Of a DNA stretch of 64,000 bases, positions 40,397 through 52,547 are shown in pieces. Numbering within the stretch: the first letter of the stretch is position 1; each line of letters starts with the position of its first letter. Position numbers and translations under genes: made by a program. The notes beneath the pieces were generated by a model. The model was not told where the DNA came from, did no database searches, and was given only the letters and a program-made list of their open reading frames with translations. This DNA comes from Amoebophrya sp. A120 (taxonomy: Eukaryota > Protista > Dinoflagellata). The stretch spans positions 5,609,985-5,673,984 of the forward strand of contig CAJINV010000003.1 of the NCBI GenBank assembly GCA_905178155.1. The letters are read 5' to 3'.

Positions 40397-41732
40397 TCAT
40401 GATTCTGCCACGGCTACAACCGCAGCCACCTCAACACTTACGCCGCGAGGAAGACTGCCGCTACCAACGGCGAATCGCGAATGGGCTCCGATCTCTGCCC
40501 CGAAGAGGTCGCACAGCATGTCGCTGCACCCATTAATCACCTGCCAGTCAGCTAGTATTGATTCCGCAACAATGAAAGCATACTAGCCAAACAGAGCAAC
40601 AAAACACGAGAGTGTGAGTGAGTGAAACAAAATCTATAGGTAAATCATTCTCAGCACAGATACAGCGCCTAGTACTACAGCGCCTAGTACTAGCAGTAAT
40701 TGTCCTCCAAGCAGTCGTACTAAATTCATACCTTAGGGTGGTCACCAAACAGCGGCTCGCCGTTCACAAACCCTTGGACGTTAAGAAAGGCTTTGATTTT
40801 TCCCAGGTCCCCGCCAGGACAAGCAAGTTTCAGATTTCGCAGAAGTGTATCAAATGTAAAAATGTCTGGGTCTGGAAACTTGTGATGCATGTCAGTAAAC
40901 AGAAAGCGCCTTGTAATGCACCGCCAAGCATGACAGATTTTCTCGTGGCTCTCTGTTGCGTATTCCGCATGAGAAACATCATTTTTGCATGACAGACAAG
41001 AGGAGGTCTTCGTGGCCACGCAATACAGAATTCACAGTCATGCCAAACCAGCATGAGAAATCTCGAAATCTTCCAGACCCAGACATTTTTGCAATCCATA
41101 AAGTGACACGCAGCACAGCCGGGCGGCGACCTGCGCCAGCTCAAGGGAGACTTCTTATTGAGAGGAAAAATCTCCCCTCCCCATATTGAAAACGCATCCG
41201 TTTGAAAATTTGTGATGCAGATTTGAGGTCACAAATCCTGTCTGTGTTGCGGGAAGGCAAAGCCAGAGAGTCCGCCGCATTATGCCGGCGGTTTGTGATG
41301 CTGTTGGGCTTACAGAGCCGACATCTGTCATGCTAGTCCCCTACGTCAGAACCTCTCGATCCAGGCTCGGCATATGCCTGCAGTCCTCTCCAGCAAGACA
41401 GACCTGATTTGTGTACGCAAATCCAGCATCACAAACTTCGTTTCGATATGGGGAGGGGGGATTTTTCCCCTTGATACTTCTGCGCCGACCTTCCCACAGA
41501 CAAACTGCGTGTGGTCGGCAGGAGCAGTGAGGCCCTTGGCGCTGGCTTTTGCCTCGTCCTGGATCAGCTCGGACCCCGTTAGGATTTCGGGAATTCGTCC
41601 GGAGATGTAAACCACATCACCATGTCGGCGAAACGGCAGGAAGTTACCACCGGGCTTCGAAATGGAAGTTTGAATGCAGCGCAAAAAACTTGTGTCTGCG
41701 CGGTGTTCCGCTGGTAGTAATGAATCACACAT
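40397..41732 (-). CDS. RidA/YjgF/YER057c family protein, four exons
   Basis: VVYISGRIP...GKVGAEV|SLELAQVAARLCCVSL|LRNLKLA...VQGFVNGEPLFGDHPK|VINGCSDMLCDLFGAEIGAHSRFAVGSGSLPRGVSVEV. Confidence 0.88.
40848..41100. mobile_element. TIR introner, family B (TSD AAGTG)
   Basis: Family B TIRs; interior homologous to 5203-5444; frame restored on removal. Confidence 0.94.
41156..41476. mobile_element. TIR introner (TSD CTTCT)
   Basis: TATTGAGAGGAAAAATCTCCCCTCCCCATAT / rc TATCAAGGGGAAAAATCCCCCCTCCCCATAT; frame restored on removal. Confidence 0.93.
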
Positions 41733-42227
41733 GCACCATGGCTGCTAGGTTATTTTATGCAAAATTTTTTATAATTTCTCTAGTACTGCAGTTTCTCTTT
41801 AGGAAGCAAAGAAAAACGGCAGGCGCATGCGTGGTTCGTTGCTCCTCAGAAACCCGGCGCGACGACACCTGTTTCTATACATCTTCGTAATCGGCAGGAC
41901 AATGCCGTACTCGTCGAGTAGGCGTTGCTCCGGCGCAGAAAGAGCCATTATCTGATTTCAAGTACGTCGTAGTTGCAGAAGTTCACGACCGGCAACAAGT
42001 CGCAGCTACTGATACTCCAAAAATGAAAGAACTACATCGCCGGGCAGATAGTTGCAAACACACGGGCACGAAAAAGCCGACGTCGGCATCATCACTGTTG
42101 AAATGAGCGACCGAACTGCCGGCGTGTCCACAGTGAATAATTTGATGCGAGTCGACGAAAAGTAGCGAAACGGACATAAGTGGTGTACATTCTTGCTGTA
42201 GTACAAGCACGAACGCTGGTGTTTAAT

Positions 42228-44123
42228 TCATGTGGCAACAACTCGCGAAGTGCGAAGAGTCGCGGACTTGCCGACGCTATCTTCTGTCGTGGGGCTGCTG
42301 CCCTGGGCCGTGCCATCCGCTAGATCGTACTCCAGGCCTTCATTTTTAGCATCTTCCTCATCAAAATCACCATCAAGTTCATTCTGATCGACATTCCTCT
42401 TCGCAAGCACCGCGCGCAAATCGCCCATCCAGATTGGCTGGCCCACTGGACGGTGTGTCGTACTGGTGTTGACCTCAATCAACGGCACTTCTTTAGCACT
42501 TGCCGACCTGTTATCGTCTTCCTCGTGACGCATGCCTCGTTTTCCGATATAGTCCTTGTCCCTATGTTGCTGCTCGCATTCAGCAGCCACATCCACCTGC
42601 TGTCGCGCCGCCAAGACTTGCTTAAGTTCCGGCATGAGGAGTTGTGAATTCGCCTTCCGCGCCCTGATGCCGCTGATTGAAAACAGTGAGTCTTCTTGTG
42701 GCTGCTCGCTCAATTCAGTCGCCCCAGGGGGCAACATCTTGCTACCCAAGCGGCCGCCTTGCTGTAGCGCGCCTTCCTCATCAAGAGTGGCTTTGTGTGG
42801 CAGCTCCGAGGTCTCGTATTGCGTTCTTTCGCTTTTAGCCCGCCCATTCCGTCCGTTACTGAAGCTTGATCCTGTGGAAACCCGACGAGCATTGTTTTCG
42901 AACGCTGTATCCTTGTCGTCGTTACTCACAGTGGTGGAGGTAGCATTCGGGTTATAATCACACGCATCCATCCACGAACGGGCGCGATCTAGCTGCACCA
43001 CAGCCTCGCGCCAGTTTCGTGACCGCAATCCCGCGAGAAGTTTTTCGCCGGCAATCTCGACGCTAGGTTGCGGTTTCTCAATTTCGGGGTGAGCCCCCCG
43101 TCCCTGCAGTGTATAGACAGGCAAGCTGACCACTTGGTCCCGACCCAAATGCATTCGTAATCTCGCAGTTCCCTCCGTGCAACGCAGCCAGAGTTCGCGC
43201 ATCCGCCCTGCCAGCCAGATGGACCGCGTCGTGCCTCGATAAAACGCAAATACATCTGGCGTCCACGTGCGAAGTGTTCGCGACGCAGCAGAAATGTCCT
43301 GGCTCTGGCAGCTGAGCCCATAGCCCTCCAGTACCAGTTCCTGTAACTGCCACAGGTCCGCTGCATGCTGCTTCAACACAGGTGTCAGGCTTTCTGTTGT
43401 CTCGTCGCACAACTTGTAGTTCTTGTTTTTACAGGATAGTTTACAACTTGCGTCAAGAGAAGCTCCCCGACCGTAGTATTGTTCCGCGTGCCGCGTCCAC
43501 AGTTGTATCGAAGCCGCAACTTCTTCCTGTAAGAGCCAGCGAAATGCTTCGTGGCGCATGTCCGCATAGCCTTCCTTGCTGCACCGCGCGAGGTCTGCCG
43601 AAAGACCTTGGCTGCCGAGTTCTACCTCCTGCACCCACCGAATGCACTTCTGCAGAGTGCGCAGAAATTCCAGCGAACTGGCACGCAGCGGCCTGTAGTA
43701 GTGTTTCTCGATAAGTGTGCGCAGCGAAAAAATGCAGGCATTGGTAGAAGACGAGGACCTCACGGCGTTGTCCTCTCCGGCTGTGTCGACCTTGGCTCTT
43801 TTCCTGCACGCCGCAGAAAGACGGAGAAAGCTTAGCTCTCGAAACTGCGACGTACGTCCACCGCGCTGCGCAGCGGAGCTTTCTTTTGCCTGGTTCATAC
43901 TTGCATCTGGATCTGGTGTGATCAATCCTCCTCCTGGACCCTCACACACTTGTCGCCGTTCGGAAACGGAATTAGATTCGTCTTGCTTAGATTCACATAT
44001 TGCGAAAGCGCCAGGAGCACCCGCGTCTTCGCCTTGTTTTTCTTCTTGGTCCGGTTCCCTGTTGTGTGTGGGCAATACGACTTCGTCCCACCAGTCGCCA
44101 TGATGCTTAACAATAGAGGCCAT
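42228..44123 (-). CDS. Hypothetical protein (631 aa ORF)
   Basis: Long uninterrupted ORF on the same strand as its neighbours; no recognised motif. Confidence 0.6.
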   Translation of the reverse strand: MASIVKHHGDWWDEVVLPTHNREPDQEEKQGEDAGAPGAFAICESKQDESNSVSERRQVCEGPGGGLITPDPDASMNQAKESSAAQRGGRTSQFRELSFLRLSAACRKRAKVDTAGEDNAVRSSSSTNACIFSLRTLIEKHYYRPLRASSLEFLRTLQKCIRWVQEVELGSQGLSADLARCSKEGYADMRHEAFRWLLQEEVAASIQLWTRHAEQYYGRGASLDASCKLSCKNKNYKLCDETTESLTPVLKQHAADLWQLQELVLEGYGLSCQSQDISAASRTLRTWTPDVFAFYRGTTRSIWLAGRMRELWLRCTEGTARLRMHLGRDQVVSLPVYTLQGRGAHPEIEKPQPSVEIAGEKLLAGLRSRNWREAVVQLDRARSWMDACDYNPNATSTTVSNDDKDTAFENNARRVSTGSSFSNGRNGRAKSERTQYETSELPHKATLDEEGALQQGGRLGSKMLPPGATELSEQPQEDSLFSISGIRARKANSQLLMPELKQVLAARQQVDVAAECEQQHRDKDYIGKRGMRHEEDDNRSASAKEVPLIEVNTSTTHRPVGQPIWMGDLRAVLAKRNVDQNELDGDFDEEDAKNEGLEYDLADGTAQGSSPTTEDSVGKSATLRTSRVVAT

Positions 44124-45244
44124 AGAAGTTTTTTGTGTGTCGAGTCATGTATGCTTCGGGACTGAAAGATGCCGATCTTGAAGTTTTGCCTGTCCGTGAT
44201 CTGTAGTCGTTCTACAAGCCTCAGTGTCAATACACGAAATGTGATCGCCATCGATGTCATGATCTAGATCTTCACTAGAAAAATACTAGTCCCCCAAAAA
44301 GTAAAGTGAACCAAGGTCGCGATTGCAACGACAATATCATCGAGAGCGGCGAAAACCGTGCGTCTTTCAAAGACAGTTCCAGCTCTACTGATGGAACGCA
44401 AATTCAGAGTCGGTGCGTTTTAGCGAAAAACACCTCTGTCTTGGAACAACACCATCAGAGAAATACGAAGCTTCCCAGACACCACGGATGCCTACGTTGC
44501 GATGAAGGTGGCCTCGCCACTGAGAGTAGCAAGCCAAATTCTTTGCTATACACGATCGCGATGTCGCGTTTCGGTTTTCAACATTTGTGATGTTGTTGTA
44601 GCCTTTGCTCACTTGACAACAACGGAGCTGCACACGTGTCTGCTCCATGATTCCCGGCGTTGAAACGTTTCCTTTATGTGAATTCTTACTGTAACAGATA
44701 ACCCTGCAGCTCGTGAAATTTGGGAATGCTTTGCGGGATTCGTTTGAATTTGTGAACTTCCCGCAGAGATTTTACACGCGCTCTACAACCAGGTTAAAGC
44801 TCTATTTCATGACATCGTCTTCAATTGAAGATGTAGAGCAGCAACTACAAGCACTACGTGCCCGACAGTTCTTAGCCTCATGATTGTACGTAAGATGTTT
44901 ACAAAAGCCCATGATTGAGTGGCGCATGAGGTCAAGATAGATTTGTTTCTTGTTCGAGTTGAACCCACATCAAAAAAATTCGTTGGAACGCTCTTTTTCT
45001 GACCAAGTTGGCTACTTTTACCTTCATACGCTATTCGGTATTTTCTTATGTTAAGTAAGGCACTCCCCCTCCTCGTTGTGCCATCGATATTGCCCTACTT
45101 CCTGTATGACGGTGAAAACATCATCAGCAGTGAGGATATGTATCCCGATCGATGGAGAGATGCAAGGACCGCAAATTTCAATGAGGGCGGCAGTTCAACA
45201 ACAACTCCTCGCACTCACATCGCGTTGATCAGCCCCCACCCCTC

Positions 45245-48200
45245 CTAGCAGCCCGTCTCCTGTCGGATCAGGAGTCCAATTTCCTTGTCGATTCCGGCGT
45301 CCAGGTCATCCGCAACCTGATTTACGATGTCTTTCACGATGTCGTCGGCGAGCTGAGACCAGACCTGCCACGAAGTCCCCGTTTGGTCGCGCAGCGGCGC
45401 CTCGCGCGCGATCTGCAGGTGCCGCTTGAAGTTGTAGCGGTAGTTTTCCAATTCCCGAAAGGTTGTGTCGGACACCCGCGGAAGCTCGCGCAAAGCGACG
45501 TAGGTGTCCAAACATTTGTCCTCCTCCGCGAGAATAGCAGTACCGTCCTGCGCGAAGGGCAGCTTCGCATTGATCTTCGTACTACCCATTTTCGAACCGG
45601 CACCGGCCTCCGAGTCGCGTGCCACGACCCCGTCCCGCTTGGATGTTGTCGGCTCCTGCGAGGCTAGAAGAAACCGGTCGTCGTCGTCCGCGTCGTCTTC
45701 GAATTTTTCGTCGTCGTACGCATTGTATCGTAAGAAAAGCAAAAGACTGTTACCCTGCAAGGATTTTGCAACATCACAAGTTCGCTACACATTACAAAGA
45801 AAACGTGCCATGCGAAAATCCTAAGGGAAAAGATCGCTAAAAATCACTTGTCTTGCATGTGCAGCAAGACAAACACTTCAGTGATGCATTTTTTGCATTA
45901 CAGGTTTACAGTGAAACAGTTTTTTCTTTGCATACATTGCTCCCGCTGTCGACTGCCGGCTGGTCGGGATCCCGCAAGTTCCGGAGTACGTACCCCTCGG
46001 GCAGGGTCTGGAACCGGTCTTGCAGCTTATCAAATGCACATATGTCTGGGTCAGGAAACTTGTGATGCAAGCCAGGGAGTACTGGGCGCACTGTCATACG
46101 ACGTGGCCAAGCATGACAAGTTTTTGCGCTGCTATGTGTAGCGTATTCCGCATGGCAGACTGCGCTTTTGCATGACAGACAAAGCGATCTTTTTACACCT
46201 ACGCATGACAGAGCTCCGAGTCATGTCAGACAAGCATGACTGTGTTCCGGCTACTCCGGATCGCAATCGATGGAGGGCGGGACCTGCACCGGCGACAGGC
46301 GCTACCCAACCAACCAACCAACCAACCAAATCTGGCAATCTTCCAGACCCAGACATTTTTGCAGTTCATACAGCTTCTGCGCCCGCAGTTCCTGCGTCGC
46401 CTGCTTTTTCACCTCGCTGAAACTCTTCACGGACTCGCGCAGCAGATGCTGGCTCGCACGGAACTTTTGCGCCAGCGGATCCATACTTCCTCCGCTCAAA
46501 TGATACTTGCGTTGCAACTGCCTCTCGAGGCTTTCCAGCTTGTTCTCCTGCTGAATGCGGTCACGAATACTCTTCTCGCGGTCTGTCTGTGCAGATGGAA
46601 ATCGCTGTTTCCCGAACTTCGAGACCAGGCTAAGAGGATCATCTTCGGGTTGATCATGTCCGCGTGGTCATAAAAGGCGCGTGAAAGCAAGAGTGGATCT
46701 GCTCCAAAAGGCAGTGCAAAAGCAATATCCGACTCGCTCTCATGCAAACTCTTCAAGTAGGAGGTAGAATTACGGCGCTGATTTGTTCCGCACGCATCAA
46801 CAGCCCGGTCTTCATGGTAGTGAAAGTTGAAGCATGTCCCGAAACGAACCAAAACAAGAAACATAAGTCAGGGACACATTGCATGCCTTGCTTCAATTTC
46901 TGTGGACCGTGCGAACACCTGTACGTGCCCGGTCGAGAAACAAGTTTCTTTCATCGGGATATCTCTATCGCCAGCTTCTTGGCGCGCACCGACGCCATGA
47001 AGTGCTCCATCTCGTCGGGTGGTTCGGCGCGGCCTGCCAGTGGTGCAGCTTCTGTGGTTGGCGAACCTCGATGACGGGTCGTCGCCACCGCGTTTGGCGA
47101 AGGAATGCGCGAACAGCTGCTGCTTTTGCCCTTCCGGTCCCGAAAGGTAGTTCCCTTCACCGCGGCACCCTGCTGGCGGCTGTGTTGTTCCAGCACGGGG
47201 TTGGGCGACGCCGGCCCGAGACGATTTCCGCGAAAAACTGAGGCGATCTTCGAACTGAGGAGTCCGGCAGGCGGTCCCGCGGCCCGCAGAGGCGGGTGCG
47301 TCAGCTTCGCAATATCGCGGTCCGAGTAGGACCCGGGACTGGCCGCCCGCGCCAGCGTCAGGCGCTCGGCCTGCACTTCCGCCAGGTTGGCCTTGGCGGG
47401 AGAAGGCGAGGGATTCTCACTTGCGAATGCAGCATCGGGGGGACTACCTCGGCCGAACAGCTTCTGTAAGTTGCGATTGCGCTCCTGCAAGCGGTCCAGT
47501 TCAAGATTCTGGGAGCGCACAGAGTCCAGCGCACGAATCTCCGCCAGGGTCTTCACAGAGTTCTGCTCCATCGGCGGCGACACGTGCAGCAGCAGAGGCG
47601 AACTTGCACTGGGGGTTTGCATGCGGTTTCCGGTGCGGCTGTTCTCGGCGACCGGATGACCCGATGTACCCGCCCGATACGGCTGCAACTGGAGGGGCAA
47701 CATCTTCGCTTGTTCAGCCTGTTCTCGTTCCCGACGGAGTCGCAGCTCTGCCTGCGCTACCTCGACCCGACGCTCCACCTTGTCTAGGTCAACCACCTCC
47801 GGACGCTCGCCGAGTGCCTGCGCGATCCCTTCCGGAATGCCCAACGCGTAAGACACGGGCGGGCCCGTCGTGGGGGACCCCGCTTTTGGTTTCCGTAGCT
47901 GCGCAGGGACCTTGCCGCGCTGCGCAACCTGACGGTTTTGTCGGTTGGCGCGCTCTCTCTCGTGGCATTCCTGGATCGACAAGCTCGTTGCGGGCGGCTG
48001 CTCCGATAGCACAGAACGAAATTTCGGCGGTACTGGCGAACCGCACAAGTACTCGCGGTCTGCGTCAGATACTGAGCCTTCTCTCGGAGCGGCAAGCGCG
48101 TCAGCCAGCAGCTTTTTCCCTGAGGCAACCAGCATTTCGCGATCGGGGTTCTTGCGTAGACTCCTCAGTACGTCCTCGCCGCCTGAGGAGGAGACACTCT

Positions 48201-49128
48201 TCTTCGACACACCCCGACTGCCGGCGATATTTTCGGCGGAATCCGAGCGCGCAGCGGCATGTCGTCCCTTCATGGACACGCCTTTCAGAATGCCCTTTGC
48301 GGTGCTCAGCGCAGACCGCGAAATTCGCTGTCCCGCGGTGGCCGCCTGCAGCTGTCGCAGACTTTGTAGCGAAGTTGCAGGCTTCTTGGCCTTCGCGCGT
48401 GCGGGTGGGCGAAACTGAGACGCACTTACCGTCGTGGAAGACGAGGAGGTGCTCTGTTTGGACAGAGCTCGGTGCGACAGGAGAAGATCGTCCGGCAGCG
48501 CAGCCTTTTTCCCGGGTGGACTGTCGATGGCATCGTACTTTCGCAAGAGCCGCAACTTTTCGTCCACCGCCTTCTCCAGTGCGGTTTCCACACCCATCTT
48601 TTTGCCCGCGCGCTGGAGCCGCCGGTCCTTCGGGTCAAACAGCTGGACGGGGGCGCGCGCGTAATCATCGTTCCATTCCGGACGATTCAACAAGTGCTTC
48701 ACGCGTTCTGTCAACCCAGCCCCTGGCATCGCGGCCGGGCTTCTGCGCTTGGCCGAAGATGCCGTATTAAAACTCGATCCTCCGGGCTTCGCAATCGCAG
48801 CACCCTGGGCACGACTCTGCAATCTTGTTCCGGATGACGCGACGTTGTTGCGTCTGTGTGCGCTTTGCGCCCTTGACGCCGGTGCAGTCCTGGAGGTTGG
48901 GGATGCCTTTTTTTGTCGCGCCGCACCGCCACTGGTCGGCGACACCGACCTGTCCCGAAGCACTCCCGAACGGAACATTCTTGCTGTCCGTACGTCAAGT
49001 TTTTCGGATCCGAAATACGTTTTCTGTTCCTTCCTTGATAATACAGATATTGCTCCTTCGTGACGTTTCACAAGACATGCATCTGCCACTCCACTGAGGT
49101 CGTCCGCTCTCGCAAGAACCAAGCGCAA
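45245..49128 (-). CDS. Low-complexity/coiled-coil protein; C-terminus resembles Moonraker/KIAA0753-type centriolar proteins
   Basis: 725-aa ORF plus three downstream exons joined by element removal; ends YRYNFKRHL...SWQVWSQLADDIVKDIVNQVADDL...LIRQE. The family resemblance is from memory only. Confidence 0.5.
45726..45934. mobile_element. TIR introner (TSD CATTG)
   Basis: TATCGTAAGAAAA / rc TATGCAAAGAAAAAACTG; same 209-bp length as 38163-38371; removal gives VDSGSN|AYDDEKFE. Confidence 0.85.
46028..46370. mobile_element. TIR introner, family B (TSD CAGCT), containing a (CCAA)6 microsatellite
   Basis: Family B TIRs; removal gives ELRAQKL|QDRFQTL; CCAA repeat at 46306-46329. Confidence 0.92.
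46588..46961. mobile_element. Possible highly decayed introner
   Basis: TGTGCAGATGGAAATCGCTGTTTCCCGAAC vs rc TATCCCGATGAAAGAAACTTGTTTCTCGACC; no TSD, but removal plus 5 nt joins the frames (LAIE|NREKS). Confidence 0.4.
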
Positions 49129-49634
49129 ACCAGATTCGCAAAAAGTGGTGGTCTTCGGCCAAGGTGCACATCTCTGTTGCCATTGATGTCTTCTCCAATT
49201 GCAGCTCTCAATACATCTATGAACTTAAAGGAAGGTTATACCGTGAAAACCGCAAGCAAACCTACTAATTGCATTAAAGAAACAACTGAAGAAATCACTC
49301 CAATTTGTTCTTGACAGAACAAAGGCGAAACCAGCGTTTTGGCTTGGTGCTACTCGCTACAGAGGAAAAGCTTATGGATACGGACCGACAGCACATCAAG
49401 AAGGTCATTCTCGAACACCGCCCTACGAAGCAGGCTTTCGTCAACAAACGCGGCTTTTTGAGTCGACGACTATGCATTCGCTATCGTGGTTTTCGGATGG
49501 CACCAACAGTGCCCTGGCGTCGCATATTGATGAGTCGCTTCTTGCTGGCTGAATTTAAGTACTTGTGCCACGCAAATATGATTATATTTTATTGGTAATC
49601 AAGAACCTGGCAATCACGTGATTCTTGCCGCACT

Positions 49635-52547
49635 CTACCACTTCAGCGTAGGGGCTGCCTTACCGCGATCAAACGTGACCTCATCTTCGCCGTCGCGTGC
49701 ACGCAGACTTTTGTAGTAGACGCCGCCACCCGTGTCAAAGTTTCCTTCGTCCGGCTGCAAGAGTTGGTCGTCCCACGGCAGACCGCGCCAGAAGGCCTGC
49801 ATGCGGTCGAGCTCGAGGGGGAACTGACCCCCGCCGTTCAGGCAGCCGCTGGGACACGCCGCCACGTCGATGAAGCGGATATCGTCCTTTTTCGGCTTGG
49901 TGGACGCGGCAAGCGACGAAGCGGAGGAGGACACGAGTTTGGACACTACGTTCTGAATGTTTTTGAAGCCCGAGGCGCGGAGCGTGGAGCCGTACTTCGC
50001 CAGCAACGGATCCTGCCGCAGAGGGCGGTAGCTGGCGGCCGGGTCTTTTTCTTCTTCGCTGTACGAAGCCGAACCGCCCCCGCTCACCAGGAATTCGCTC
50101 TCCGGGAGCGCAGCTTCGGGCATTGCGATTGCAGCGGCCGTGGTCTCTCGTTTGATAGCGTGATGCAGCGCGAGCGCCTCGTCGAGCAGCAGGTGGCGTT
50201 TCACCTCTGTTATCGTCCGTCCTGTTACATCCTCGACGGGCAGGGCAGGGAGCACGTGAAAAAACAGCCGCGCCAATTGCTCGTCTTCGGACAAAGATGC
50301 GAACTCGGTCCGGATAAAATCCAATCTACGCTCCTGGTCCCGCATGGCTCTCCAGGGCCTCGTTACGGCCGATGGCAAACAGAAGTCGATCCAGGACCTC
50401 GGCGGCGATGAGGCAGCACGGTAATCTTTATTTTCTCTAGTAGAAGGCGCCTCGCAGTCTCCGGCAAAAGAACTCGCAGCAGTGCCGGGAGCAAGAAGAC
50501 CACACAGGGCCAGACCGTTGGAAAACAATGCATGCAGCTTCCCGCGAGGAGAGTCTCCTGCCAGATGACGTTTTTTTGTCTGCCCACCTTCAATTACATT
50601 CCTGTTCGGTTCTTGTCTCGAAGCAGAAGTGTGATTGCAACTAGTATCGTCGTTCTCCGCAAGGCTACTGTTGAAGAAGGTCCACAAATGGGCTAGCCAT
50701 CGCCGGAGCTTTGTGAAGAAAGGCCCATGCGCGTCCAGCGAGTCTCCGTGACCACGCCAGAGAGCTTTCAGGTTGCAGTTGCCTGTGGCATCACTACACG
50801 CCAGGAGGTCGACAACGCGGCTCTGCCGCGCAGGATCCCGCAAAAGTCTCCTTGCGATTCGGGAAAAGTCATCCGGAAGCGCCTCGGGTTCCAAGAATTT
50901 TTCGAGCTCGCGCGTAGCAAGGACCAAGTCCAGCGTGTCCCGGAATTCCGGACGCATGCTCTCAATCTTCCGATCGAAACACGGCGCAATCACCACGTGC
51001 TGCAAGTTCCTCAGGGCCGGCCGTTTCAGTATTCCAGGTTCACGTGAAAGCTTTTGCCCGAAAGACAAGCCAAGAGCTGCGTTATTAAACGGTGGAGGCC
51101 CATACGGACGCATCAAATTCCCGACCACCGCGGTTGCGGCTGTGTCGAAGTGAAAACAGCTTCGATAAAAGCCAAAAAAAGCGCGCGAGCGAAACAGTTG
51201 CTTGCCGAGATGGCCCTGCAAGACCAGGGGATTGCGTATCTGCGAAAGATGCGGCACAACGGCCGGTGGCGCAACCTTCTCTGCGTAGCACGTCCAGCCC
51301 GGGCAATAGCTCGCAACAATGGGTCCCACAGGCTTCGCAACTTGTTGTGCACTGCCCTGCCTCAGCTGGTCCCTTGACTGCGTTCCTTCCCCTGCTCGCG
51401 CGGCAGCGGCTTCCACTTTCGCATCGAACTGTTCGATAATAGTTTGTTGACTCTGCTTCTTCGTACCGCCTTCCCCAGGAACACGAACCCTGTCATCTGC
51501 AGGCTGCTGTGCGAGATGAGGATTATCGACTTCAGATCGTTTCTTCTTGTCTTCACGCATTTTTACCACGTCGACCGATGGAGTGACATTAGCCATGGGC
51601 TGCGCGCGTCCCGAGTGGGTTCTATCGTGATCCGTACGCCGGCCGCTTTCTAGCAGTTCGCGGAACACCTCCCGCAGATACACCCCGTGGGCGATGCGGG
51701 TGTCCGTCACAAAGACCGGGTTTGACGCGTGGTAGGAAAAGAGGAACTGCAATTTTCCTAGCGTTTGGACGAGCCCACCATGCGGATTCCACTTTAGGTG
51801 CACGTTCACCAGCGATTCCGGTGACAGGGACACCAGCACGATGTCTTCAGCTCCGGCACCCGCCGCGCTCTTGTCGAGTCCTCCCGTAAATATTTCCGTC
51901 TTCCGCGCCGTGCTGCTACTGCTACCACCGATTTGCAGCTGCGGAGACGTTACGTCGAGGCCTGGCTGTTGTGGTGGCACTAGAGGACTAGGTCCGAACC
52001 GCCACCCTGGCGTCGCGTGCGGCAAGGCGCCAGAGCGACTCGCTGGTAGTTCTTGCCACCTCGCATTCTGTTGCAAGTTGGAGCTAGAGACAGATGAAGA
52101 GCTGCTAGATCTACTTGCATTCAGGATGGACAAGAATTTGTCAAAACTCTGCGTCTCTAGCAGAACCGCTTCGGCTGACGTCACACAGCCGGAGCAAGCC
52201 AGGCAATCGCTGAGGGCAACCACGGCCTTTGCCTTTTTCGAAGTGCCGGCGCCCTCCGTACTATCCTCAGCCGGATTGCGTTCCGCTTTGCTCGCTGTTG
52301 CAGGTCCAGCACCGGGGGCGGACTTAATGAGATTTGGTTTCTCCGTCGCCAGCCCGCGACTGAGGTCGTAGACGGCGTTTGTGCTGCCCTTTTCATTGCT
52401 GATCTTCCCAGTACTCGCATTCAGTAGCGGCTGTATGCACTCCTGGTTCGTCTCCAGGTAGTCGCTCAGATCACCAAGCTTTACGCCGGACCCAAACATA
52501 TCCTCTAGCTCCCGCGCCTGTGTCTTGTGGTTGCATTCGCCATTCAA
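49635..52547 (-). CDS. NAR1: Cytosolic Fe-S assembly factor NAR1/CIAO3 (iron-only hydrogenase-like)
   Basis: DYLETNQECIQP, LSDCLACSGCVTSAE, SYCPGWTCYAEK, APCFDRKIE, GFKNIQNVV, AACPSGCLNGGGQ, terminal KW. Confidence 0.92.
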   Translation of the reverse strand: MNGECNHKTQARELEDMFGSGVKLGDLSDYLETNQECIQPLLNASTGKISNEKGSTNAVYDLSRGLATEKPNLIKSAPGAGPATASKAERNPAEDSTEGAGTSKKAKAVVALSDCLACSGCVTSAEAVLLETQSFDKFLSILNASRSSSSSSVSSSNLQQNARWQELPASRSGALPHATPGWRFGPSPLVPPQQPGLDVTSPQLQIGGSSSSTARKTEIFTGGLDKSAAGAGAEDIVLVSLSPESLVNVHLKWNPHGGLVQTLGKLQFLFSYHASNPVFVTDTRIAHGVYLREVFRELLESGRRTDHDRTHSGRAQPMANVTPSVDVVKMREDKKKRSEVDNPHLAQQPADDRVRVPGEGGTKKQSQQTIIEQFDAKVEAAAARAGEGTQSRDQLRQGSAQQVAKPVGPIVASYCPGWTCYAEKVAPPAVVPHLSQIRNPLVLQGHLGKQLFRSRAFFGFYRSCFHFDTAATAVVGNLMRPYGPPPFNNAALGLSFGQKLSREPGILKRPALRNLQHVVIAPCFDRKIESMRPEFRDTLDLVLATRELEKFLEPEALPDDFSRIARRLLRDPARQSRVVDLLACSDATGNCNLKALWRGHGDSLDAHGPFFTKLRRWLAHLWTFFNSSLAENDDTSCNHTSASRQEPNRNVIEGGQTKKRHLAGDSPRGKLHALFSNGLALCGLLAPGTAASSFAGDCEAPSTRENKDYRAASSPPRSWIDFCLPSAVTRPWRAMRDQERRLDFIRTEFASLSEDEQLARLFFHVLPALPVEDVTGRTITEVKRHLLLDEALALHHAIKRETTAAAIAMPEAALPESEFLVSGGGSASYSEEEKDPAASYRPLRQDPLLAKYGSTLRASGFKNIQNVVSKLVSSSASSLAASTKPKKDDIRFIDVAACPSGCLNGGGQFPLELDRMQAFWRGLPWDDQLLQPDEGNFDTGGGVYYKSLRARDGEDEVTFDRGKAAPTLKW

